From Podarcis melisellensis (lineage: Eukaryota), in assembly GCA_964234715.1 (NCBI GenBank), contig OZ174280.1: a stretch of 64,000 bases of DNA, one strand, 5' to 3'. Both the position numbers and the translations under genes were made by a program. A model generated the notes under the pieces. The model saw nothing but the letters and a program-made list of their open reading frames with translations, was not told the DNA's origin and did no database searches. Position 1 is the stretch's first letter, and every line of letters starts with the position of its first letter. Shown here piece by piece: positions 50,733 through 61,925 of this stretch.

Positions 50733-52425
50733 TAGTAGTTTTAGGGATGTTAAAAAACAACAACAACAAAAACCCTGCCAAAGGGCAGCAGTCCATTGCA
50801 TAGGAGTGGGATTTCATATTATCACAACACACAAGTTGATAGAAGCTTCTACTCCAGTGGAAAGTGTTAATATCCCCTTAAGATATGGACAGATCCATGC
50901 ATTAACAAAATCTGTTGTGGCTCAAGAGAATATGAGGTGGTAAATGCAGAGCACAAGGGCAATGCTCTAGTGCACGGGTGGCCATCAGAGTGATATTCAG
51001 ATGTTCTGAACTACAACGTCCACCATTCTTAACCACTGGATGTTCTCGCTCAGAAATGGAATCCACAACATCTGGAGGGCTACCTTGCCCAACCTTTATT
51101 GATCTTATGTCAAAAAATTGTCCTCAGGTATCTCTCATTCAGCTCATCCACCTGTTATGTGGGAGCACTTCTCTTTAGCCTTGAAAAGATGTTTCAAATC
51201 AGCTCTAATAGCCTTGATCCATTTGTCTTCTCTCCAGCTTTGCTTCTGATTCAGCCATTTCTGTTCTGCCAAATGAATTGCAGAAGATACAAACTACTGA
51301 AAAGTCCCTGGATCATGAAACCAAACTCCCCGCCAGGACAGATGGTTGCTGAGTCTGTGAGGAAAGCAATCTTGCTTGCACACTTAAGAATCATAATGGC
51401 ACTTTTAATATTGAGGTATTCTGATGAAAAAGAAAGGATGACCAAGCTGCAGGGATGGTGTTGGGGGCAGGCGGGGGGGGGGGGAGAGATTCATGTCACA
51501 GGAATGTAATATATTTTAAATTATCAACCCTAAATGATTCCCCAATATTTAATGTTGTTCTGCAATGAATAATATTTTATTATTACAGCTGTCAGACCCT
51601 AATTAGGACCTGTCAGCTCTGCTTTACTATGAGAAATGCAAAATGAAGTAATGACTCCAGATATGTAATAATCACCCTCCCTTTGTTAGAAAGGCTCATG
51701 TATGCGCTCACACTCTCTCCACATGTACACGACTTCTAAGCCAATACAGAAAGGCAATTTGGAGATCTGCAATGTTTCAAAGAAGGCCTCATAAAAAGTC
51801 ATATTTTTCTATTATTATTTCCACATATACGGTGACATTTATGATAGCATGATTGATGCCGGGCCCAGTTATAACAAAACGTTTATTTTCTCCACTGCTG
51901 CAATCCAATTCCATGTCAGACCAGATGAGGTCAATAGGCCAAAGTGAAAGAAAACCCCTTCCATGACTGATCCCTCCCCATCCCCATTAAACAATCAAAA
52001 GCTCTTCAGGTATTTATTTCAGGGCTTTTTATCCCCCATGACAAGAGGAGTTCCAGCAGAGCACAATGTCTTCTCTAGCCTGGAAAAATGGAAGGTGTTT
52101 AGACCAGGGGAAAAAGAAGAAAAGAGATGACAGCATATTAACTAATTGGCACACCCTTTCCAAATTGGCAAAAACCAAACCCTCTCCTTGTGTCAATGAA
52201 ATATACATATTTATATTGTTTCCCAGTTCCATTAGGCATCAAGGATGATCTCACAATGTGTGTAGATTTGCCTAAACTTTACGGGGCTGGGAGGACACCT
52301 TGACATGAGTTTCCACTTTTGGTGGCATCCCCATTGTTGTTTAGTGACAGGTGTGAGCCAGCAGTAAATCACACTGAGCATGTGGAGTTAACTCCTTAAT
52401 AGCAAAAACAAGATCTGCACAGGAA

Positions 52426-52943
52426 TGTCAGGCCTAATGAGCACAGCAACTCATCTCCAGTAGGTCTTGCCCCGATGAAGGAGTTGTTGTGGCAGAGGTC
52501 CCCACTTCCCCACAGCTGCGTAAGTCCTCTCCTCTCCAGGGCTTTCCCCAAGCAATCTGAGATTTCTTCTGTGTGAAGCTTACTTATCCTCCTCCCTTTT
52601 CATTCCTCTCCTGGTTCTTGGAGACCAGGGGGGAGGGGAGCTCATCACAGTGAGAGACACCCATGCCTCATCTCCGGTCTCATCTCTGTCTCTTGGCCTC
52701 CCTCCTCCCCTGCTTCAGCTTCTGCCTCTGGGTCTAGACTTCTTTGCCACAGACTCTCCCAGCTCACTAAACCCTGTTACCTCTTCAGCTTCTGACACCT
52801 CCTCCTCCCAGTTTTCTCCCTCTTCTCCTTCTGACCACTCATCGTCATCCCACCATCAATCCCCAGGCTCTGAGCCTTTTCCCCTTGCTGGTTCCCCAGC
52901 TGGTTCCTCCCACCATTCCTGTGCATCCAGCCAGTTCCTGACA
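52426..52943 (-). mobile_element. Probable solo LTR (Gypsy-like), 518 bp
   Basis: Terminal inverted TGTCAGG...CCTGACA; strongly purine-rich on the minus strand; no matching TSD (GGAA vs TCTA). Confidence 0.6.
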
Positions 52944-53951
52944 TCTAGTATCTATTTCTGCCCTTAGACCCAAGTTAGACAGCACAACCCATGTGTTAGA
53001 ATTCTCGGTAATTTATATCATTTTATCCAAATTGCCCCAGGTAAACACAGTCATAACAACTCTACTTAAATAGCATGCCTATAGCATGTCTTATTTTGGG
53101 TCCGTTCACACTTAATGCTAAGCCATGGTTTGAATGCAGTCGCCGCCATCCTGGTGTCTTCTGAATGTTTAAAACCATAACATCCAATAAACTTTGCCAG
53201 CAAGCTTTGAAAACTGGGAATTATGGTGAGAGTTGCAGCTGAAAATATGTGGAGGGCACCAGGTTAGCAAAGACTGGCTTAGTGATATGCACTCAAGCTC
53301 GAGTGAGGCCAAGGGAAGGCTTGTGGTCTCCCCACTCCTCTCCCCTCCCTTCTGTGCAGTCAGGGGAAAGGAATTCTGAAACATTCATTTTCTGTTTCTA
53401 TGAATGGTGACTTGTTACGTACGAACCAAAGACAGTGGTTTAAAACAGTCCGGTAAGTTTCAAAATAAGCCTATTTCAAGCCATCAATTATGAAGCTAGT
53501 TTGTTTTAACTAACCAGAGTTTGAACTAACTAGTGTCTGCAAACCACAACACCCAGTTCATACATAGCAAGAAGCAAGGATTCATGGAAGCCATTCCCCA
53601 ACATCAGACATGTCGTCTTGGGGTGGGGGTGAGGAGCATACAAGCCCAAGGTTCCATGGGCTCATTCTAGCTTATGCACATAGTGCTAAGCCACAGTTTA
53701 GCATTGCATGTGACTCAGTGTGTTGTGGCCGTTGTGTGGGAGGCTGCTTCAAAGGCTTTCATATGGAAGCTTACATTTCCAGAAGCTGCATTTTTGTTTT
53801 TTGTTTTTAGGAAAAAATACAAACATAAGAAATGCCATCAAAATGAGTAGCAGTTTGAAGGAGGATTGGCAAGTGCTTTGTTTGCAAGAAAAGGACTGTT
53901 TGGGTTAGTGGAAGATACTGAAACAACAAAGCTGCTTGGAACCACACCTAC

Positions 53952-53979
53952 CTGGCAAGAGAGCAGTCAGTCCTTTGAC
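53952..53979 (-). CDS. SRGAP2: SRGAP2 28-nt mini-exon (exon 11 equivalent)
   Basis: ttctcttaacag|GTCAAAGGACTGACTGCTCTCTTGCCAG|gtaggt; (S)QRTDCSLA(R); phase 1 to 2 fits its neighbours. Confidence 0.93.
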
Positions 53980-56834
53980 CTGTTAAGAGAAAAACAGCTA
54001 TGTTTCAAAAAGAGAGAGACTTGTAGCAGACAGGAGGAAGGATGGGTGTGATTTCAACCTTGGTTTGGAGGCAAAAGGGACTGGGGGGCTTAAATAAATA
54101 AAGAAGTGTGACTGAGCATTCCCCCCCTTCTTCGGCTGCTTCTGTTGTTATGGAGATCAAGAGAGCATGTCCCCGCAGGCAAGGCTCCTCCATGGCTGAC
54201 CAGGAAATGCACAAAGCAGCTCCAAGCTGCCTGAAGACTCTTTGGAAAGCATTGTTTTCAGAAATTGGTTTTCTAGAGATGCAATAATTGTTGACTGCTA
54301 CTGCCAAAGGAGAGCCACGCCACTTCTCCCTCCGACATCTTCCCAGAAGGAATCAGCAGTGAAGAGAGATTGTGTTTTATGAAACCACTTGGAGAGACGG
54401 AAAACATTCACAGATTTGCTAGCCCACAAGAACGAGGTGCCAGCATCCCATCTATTCCAGGAGTCATGGTTTTAAATGATATTTTCTGGAATCATATTTC
54501 TATACAAAAAAAAAAGAACCACCAATCTTCCACCAACCTTGTTATGGCTTGGAAGTAAAGGGCCCAAACCACTATGCCTAGTGCTGATACAGGCAATATT
54601 TAAAAATACTACACTGAGGGTTTATAAAAAGGAGGAGGATAGACGCACAAATTATTTCGCACATATCAGAGCTCAGACAGTTTTTAAGTTGCCTTATGCA
54701 ATGGAATGTTGCTGATTTGCATCAACTAAGGACTTGGCCTCATAGCTCAAGATTAAAAATGAAGTGATGGGAATGAAGCTAATTGTTGATCATGGAAAAT
54801 AAATAACCCATTTTGAACAGTCACTTTCTCCCTCCCAACATAAACCTCAATTACCCAGAATGGTGCATAATTTATAGCAGCATTATTCCAAACCAGAGTT
54901 TCTTACCATCTGTCCTACTTCCATCACAGAATATTCATATGTATAAATTACACGGCTGTGGCAACATCAAAGGGCTATAGTATTACAGTGACAAATGCAG
55001 ATGGAAGGCAGGGAAATAATTACTCGCAGATAGAGAGATCTGCTGGTACTTTTTATTAACGGAACTTGTCATCTTCAGATTAAAATAACTGGCAAATGAA
55101 GCCAAACGTCACCTTAAAGGGAAGTGGGGGGTGAGGCAAGACACAAACCCCTATCAAGTTGCTCCAAAGTTAGGCAAGTCAGGCACACTGCCAAATGACC
55201 TTTCTCAGCGCTAAAGTTGTAGAAGGATGATTCTATGATTTCAGTCACCCACTATCTACTGCAATAGCATTTATAAACTGGTTAGGATTGGGATCTAAAA
55301 TTGCTTCAGTTTATAGTGTTCTGATTTGAGGTTGCAAGGAAATACATTTTTCTAAGTTCCTTGTTCTGCAATACAATTGCACCCATGTTGTTGTTGTTTT
55401 AATGGCTCAAACTCAGGGACAAAGACCTTTGCAACCACATTTCAACCCAATCCACAAGAACATTATAGAAGCAAAAGGGACTCTCTGACATTAGAAAGCC
55501 AAAAAAGAAAGACATTTAGCTTTCTGTCTTTTTCCTCTGCAGGAGTCAGTTTGGCAGGTCAGGCAGGTTAAGAAGAGCCATACGCTGGAATGCAGAAGTC
55601 AGCTATGACCCAGGAATGTGATTCATCACAGGAGCAGCATGAGCATTATATTCAGACACTCAGAGGGAGAAAATGCTCCCAGGAAATGGCATGCCTTGTT
55701 CTACTTTTTTCATAGACAAATAGTTTCTTGTGCCAGAAAACCTGGAAAATATGTCCATTGCTTCATTTCACTTCCTATGGATAAGAGTCAATTTAAAAAT
55801 AACAAACAGCTTTATCCAACAAATTTGTGGATGCAGAATGCAAAGCACTTTCCAAACTATTCACATTAATGTTCATAGGCACACGTAGATGATTTGAAGA
55901 AATAAAAAATGTCATGTCACTGTATTCATTGTACCAATAAGATGCTGTACTCAAAGCAGCTAATTCTGGGCCAGAGGCATTCAGCCATATGGCTCAGAGC
56001 AGATTTTGCAAGAATGAAAGGAAGTGTTGGCAAAAAGACTTTTATAACGTATTACAGTTCAGAACAAACCCTCTGATTTAGCTCCTTTCCCCAAAGACCT
56101 GAATCCTGTAAATGGGAAACAGATCAGCGAAGACAGCTATAATGAAAGCCGGAGCTGGTCTTTGTTGTGATATGAACAGATAATTCTATCGAGTCTAGGA
56201 TTGCCTTGCCTTGCCCTTCCCCAGAAGCTGGACAGATGGGTTTTTCATGGGCAGTCAGATACATAAACTTCTGGTGGCACCTTGGTTCAACGTCAGTGTC
56301 ATAGACAACTAATCATTCCAGCTCCAGCTGCTGGTGGTCCAAGCAGTTTAATGAAGTTACAACAGGCTTTGCACTGGTAGAATGGTTACCTCCTGTTCTA
56401 CCTATGAATACCTCTCTTATCCTGGATTTCTTAAAAGAGTCCACACAGAGATGAAAGGCAAGCAAGTCCATGGGGAAAAAACATTTCCTTAAATGATAAG
56501 AATATTTGCATGCTAGGAGAAACAAAGTAATTACTAGGATTACCCCAATTTGATTCTGTGGGATTGTTATAATCGATAGGGAAAGTGGGGGGGGGGGGGG
56601 AGGAAATAGGCATATGCTTCAGTTAAACAAATAGATGATGCACATTATTGGCTCATTAAGCACTTCCCTTTCATCATTACTTAAGCAGTGCAGTAGGGAT
56701 TGAATAATAAATTCATAAAACATGACTTTGTCCACTTAGCATTGATAATCCAAGTCTGTTATGCTCAGTCAGCTGCCTAATTCAGTAATTACGAGGGATG
56801 GGCTGACACAATGACAAGTGATTCCCAGACTTAC

Positions 56835-56919
56835 TTTCTCCCAGAGTCTTCTGAAGGAGGTCATGTTTTGCCTGAAGCTTGGTGATGAGGTTCCGCCCTT
56901 CCAGATACTCCTTCAACTT
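56835..56919 (-). CDS. SRGAP2: SRGAP2 exon (human exon 10 equivalent), end of F-BAR extension coiled coil
   Basis: ccaacag|AAGTTGAAG...GGAGAAA|gtaagt; 85 nt; KLKEYLEGRNLITKLQAKHDLLQKTLGE. Confidence 0.96.
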
Positions 56920-57140
56920 CTGTTGGAGCAAAAAGAAGCCAAGGATCAGCATCTATGTCTAGGACACAGAAGAACTGTGGACCAAGAGACTGGAACGGAC
57001 CAAGATACCCCCTATGTGACAAAGAGCATCATGGTTCCCATGCAATAACTAAATAAGAGCTAAATAACCGTGACCCTTCACAAAAGCACACACAACCTAA
57101 CACAGAACAGCTCAGTAGAGTGAAGGAGCTTTCACAAATA

Positions 57141-57356
57141 CAGTGGTACCTCAGGTTACATACGCTTCAGGTTACAGACTCCGCTAACCCAGAAATAGTG
57201 CTTCAGGTTAAGAACTTCGCTTCAAGATGAGAACAGAAATCGTGCTCCAGCGGTGCGGCAGCCCCATTAGCTAAAGTGGTGCTTCAGGTTAAGAACAGTT
57301 TCAGGTTAAGAACAGACCTCCAGAACGAATTAAGTACTTAGCCCGAGGTACCACTG
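57141..57356. mobile_element. Non-autonomous Tc1/mariner-type MITE, copy 2
   Basis: TA|CAGTGGTACCTC...GAGGTACCACTG|TA; internal TTCAGGTTAAGAAC repeats. Confidence 0.92.
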
Positions 57357-57714
57357 TAATTATCATTGTGGTTGTGCATCAAATGAAAAGTAGTATCAGC
57401 CAACACAAGTATCCTTCATAGCTCTGAATGATACCATAGCCTGTCTCTTTGTCATCTTATGGATTTTAATACAATACCTTTTGGACTAGCAATCAGATCG
57501 TACTGCAAATCTGGGGTAGTGCTGGCAGAAGAATCTGTGTGGGGCTCAGCCTACTGAAGAGAACATTTAAAACAAGCCATTCAAAAAACCCAAGGACTTT
57601 ATCCATTTCTGGCGCCATATAGAGACATGAGATCTATAGAATTTTTAAGGGTGAAAGTGGAAGAGCACTCATCCCTACTGCAGTTTCCAGAAACTGGCAT
57701 TCAGAAGCAAACTT

Positions 57715-57956
57715 CCGGTGTGGTGTAGTGGTTAAGAGTGGTAGTCTCATAATCTGGTGAACCGGGTTCGTGACATTGAACATGCAACTGCTGGGTGACC
57801 TTAGGCCAGTCACACTTCTTTGAAGTCTCTCAGCCCCATTCACCTCACAGATTGTTTGTTGTGGGGGAGGAAGGGAAAGGAGAATGTTAGCCGCTTTGAG
57901 ACTCCTTAGGGTAGTGATAAAGCGGGATATCAAATCCAAATGCTTCTTCTTCTTCT
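57715..57956 (+). mobile_element. tRNA-derived SINE with L2-like 3' end and (CTT)n tail
   Basis: A-box TGGTGTAGTGG, B-box GGTTCG, CTGGGTGACCTTAGGCCAGTCAC core, GCCGCTTTGAG...AAGCGGGATAT tail. Confidence 0.88.
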
Positions 57957-59899
57957 ACAACTGCAGTGGCACAGAACTGCCATCATGGCTAGCAATCACT
58001 GATAGCCTTTAATAGATCCCTTCAGCTTTGCACTACGTACTGAAGTTACAAATATGCTTGGGACTTAGGGTACCTCATTTGATTGGATCATGGCCCTCAG
58101 CCCTGCTCCCTATGAATATCCTGTCCATTTTGTGGTGGGAAACATTGGAATTCCATGCTTGGCAGTGGCTGGAATCAAATCCATCTATTGCCTCAGATAG
58201 CTCCTTTCCTTAAGTAACACAATACTTTAAAGTGTTTGCCCCCAAGGGACTATATTGTGCCATGTGCTCCGTTTCCAAGGGTCCTTTCCTCATTCAGACT
58301 ATTTGAAGCCAATTCAGCCTATCCAGGATAACAGTCTCATGAGAACTTCCCTTGGATGGTTTGCTACAACATCAGCTAGAGCTCCCTTCCTTGCTTCATC
58401 TCTGTGTTTGTTGCTCTCCTTGGGTTAGTCAGGAACCTTAATAAGACATGAGACCCTGTGTTCTCCCTTAAAGAAACTATAGCCATGGGACTGGTTTGGG
58501 TTCCAGCAGATACCAAACTGGTAACCCACCCATTTTCTCTGCCTCTGAAATGCCCCATTTTGTGGCCTTCCACTGGCTACTGCCAGTGAGAATCCTGCAG
58601 TAGTACTTTTGCCTTCCCACACATTTGGCATGCAGGAGAAGCTCTGCCCTGGTGGCAGCTGGCAGGAGGTATGCTTAGCAGGCAAAAGTGGGCAGGGCAG
58701 AGGGACACTTGCACGCAATCCAACATGCACCTCTCACCCTCCAACCCAGTGTGTGTTATATGCTGAATTATTCTGCAACAGAAACTTGAAAAATTCAAAG
58801 GACAACTCTTAGGCCCCTTAAGCAGCACATTATCAGGGAAAGGTCTTTATTTTCAGGGGAAATGTCTAGCTATCATTGTGACATTTTCACATTTACTTCT
58901 TACTTCATTTTAACTTCAAATGTTTTTATTTCAGTGTCCTAGCTCATTACAGTGTTATGGATTACAACTCTGTGCAGTTAAAATAAGCAGTGTTAAATTC
59001 TCCACTTTAAAGGGCAAAGCTTTCAAAAATCAACGTAATGGGGGGAAAGGGGGAGGAAGGGAGGAAAAATTAATATCAAGTATTACCAATGCTGATTTAA
59101 AAGTAAAAAAAATCCAGAAAACAGATTGTCCATAAATTCTCAAGAAGCCTTAAAATTAAAAGCATTGTATAGCACAAAACTAATACAACTGCAAATAAAT
59201 TTAGGATTTAAATGAGCAGTCAAACCAACCCACACTCTCCTAAAAAGTGGAGGAACACAATGCCAAAGCACAGTGTCATTAGAGAAACCTTTCATTGCAA
59301 GCATGTTCACAGTTCAGTGGTTTGCTCCCTGCTGTCAGTCAAGGCCCCATTAAAATAAATAACCACTTGATAATAAGACATGACAGATTGCCTGCCTGGA
59401 GCCAATTTAAACCTGAAGGTGAGACTCTGAGCCCTAAACTATTAGATAGCTATATGCAGATTACAAAATAAAATAAAATAAGGTCCACAATGCAGCCCAA
59501 TGATTAGAACTAACATCCCATATTAATATGGGCGTTTAGAAAATTATAGTATGCAGCATTTGGACATAATGGCAAACTATGTTTCACCACTCATTAGAAG
59601 TGGACAGATCTAATCATTTCCCCTTCTGTGCAGAGGAAAGGAAGAAGGGAACATGCAAGCCCAAACCTACTGCTACATACTCCTGATCCTCCAAACTAGG
59701 ATTTGGAGATAGGTTAAATGCAGCTACAGGCATGAAACAATGCAGCTGATAAGTTTATTGTTCAATGCAAAGGCCATGACAAATTTGTATTAAGCAACAC
59801 ATAGAGGCCCACTGTATGTGTTACAAACCTATTATTGTCACTCAAAAGAAACCATGCATGTATGAACAAAGGTTAACAGATAATGCGTGATGTCTTTCA

Positions 59900-61780
59900 C
59901 CTGTGGCTGACCACAAATATGAAGTCTGTCTGCGTATGGGATCTAGTTGTAGCATCCATCTAAGACTTCAGTGGGCATCACTGAGAAATACAGCTCAATA
60001 AAGGCATTTCTTACTGCAGCTGGTGAGAGCTTGGTCAGATAACTAGCTCTAAAAAGCTCTGCTCTCAAGAGTGGACACCAATGGGGAAATTTGGTGTCTC
60101 TAATTAGTTGTAGGTCCCTTTTGGACTCTTTCTAGAAGAGCCAATCCTTTAATAGACACTTAATCAAGGTCAAAGCAAAGCTCAGTTCTGGAAAATAATA
60201 ATAGTCTAAACATCTTAACGAGCTGCTTTCCAGAGCTGATTATCATGCAACTCCATATAGCACAGAGCAGGAAAACACTCAATAGGCATAGCAGCAATTT
60301 TTAAAATATACTTTAACTGAGCGCAGTCCGCTCTTGCCTCAAGTGTTGGCCACCTGGACTCTGTACAAAGTGCTGCTGAAATTCCTGATGGTAAAGAGCA
60401 TAGCGTCGTGTAACAGAACTTTATCAATGCCCCTATGGTTTTCTGTACTTTGACTTTCACTGCTTCCATATGAAACCTTCCAATAGAGTGTTTCACTAAT
60501 GAGTATACCCAGGTGTCTAATAGACTACGTTTGTTCTATAAGCACCATTTATACCTAGGACTGTGTTTGCCAAAAATCATAATCATTGTCTTAGAGTATT
60601 TTATAGACAGACTTTCCTGTTAACAGTATGTGCCAAACACCTACAAGAGATTTTTGAGCCCAATCTGGAAGGAGAGAGGAGCGCCAAATCATCTGCATAC
60701 ATAAAAATTGAGATATTTCTGTTCCTAATTATTGGAGGGGAGAGTCTGCATTGGCTAAACATGGCACCAAATCATTAATATGAAAGTAAGGAGGGGTAAG
60801 AATGCAACCTTGCATTCCTCGTGACGTTTTAAAAAGCATCAGTCATACCATCATTTTAAAACTACTCTGACCCTCATTTCTGCATAGTTCTTGGATCAAT
60901 AGCAGAAATCTGCAGTTGATGTTGGCAATTTGAAATTTCTCCCACACTCTGTATTGATTAACAAAGTCGAATGCAGCAGAAAGATCAATAAAGGCTACAT
61001 AAAGATTATTCTTAATGTCCTTAGTATATTTCCTTATAATATGGTTCAGAGTAAAACACTGATCAATGGGACTGTGCCCTTCTCTGAATCCCACTTGTAC
61101 TTCATGAATAATGTTGCTATTCTGCAACCAGTCGGATAAATTTTTGAAGGCGATACTGCTCATATAGCTTTGAGGAGTTGTATAACAATCTAACTGGCAG
61201 ATAGTTTTGCAGATCATTCCTACTGCCTTTCTTATAAACTGGGAAAAGAATACTTATTTTCCATCCAGAGGGCATTTGGCCCATGTTGTTTATGGTGGTA
61301 AATAAGCCACCCAGGATAGGCACCCACCATTCTATGTATTCCTTACATAGGAATATAGAGATCCAGGAGCTTTATTTGATTTCAGAAAGGAAATAAGGAA
61401 CTTTCTCTCATTACGGGAGACTGGTTGCCATTCAGGTAGGTGGATAAATCATTCTATGCTACTGGTATATATGATTGTCCAGGCAGGAATTGAGGCTTTT
61501 GTGATGGTCTCGCTTCATTTAAACCCTGGGCCACCAATTCCCAGAGTTTGTTTTCCCTCTGTTCCATTACTGCTAGTCCCAATTCCTGCCATGGGGTTAT
61601 CGAATATCCAGCTTTCTTGTTTTGGAGCAGACTCTTATATTCCAATTTAGGTCCATGGATTCCTCTGATGGATTCTTATTCAAATCTCTAATTGCTTTAG
61701 CCAGAGCTTTCTTACACTTCACATTGACTGTCAAACCAGCTATGGCATGTTGGTGGAAAACCAACTTCATGGGCTGAAGG
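59900..61780 (-). mobile_element. Degenerate non-LTR retrotransposon RT region (RTE-X-like)
   Basis: Frameshifted remnants PSGWKISILFPVYKKG, QVGFREGHSPIDQCFTL, YVAFIDLSAAFD; clade assignment and boundaries tentative. Confidence 0.78.
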
Positions 61781-61781
61781 A

Positions 61782-61925
61782 TGTTGTTGTTGTTGTTGTT
61801 GTTGTTGTTTAGTCGTGTCCGACTCTTCGTGACCCCATGGACCAGAGCACGCCAGGCACTCCTATCTTCCACTGCCTCCCACAGTTTCATCAAATTCATG
61901 TTGGTAGTTTCGAGAACACTGTCTA
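61782..61925 (-). mobile_element. Short BovB 3' end with (AAC)n tail
   Basis: WRALVHGVTKSRTRL; same family as 24224-24507. Confidence 0.9.

Noticed and set aside
52650-52967. 105-aa Ser/Pro-rich ORF
   Set aside because: Low-complexity pyrimidine-rich strand of the LTR-like element.
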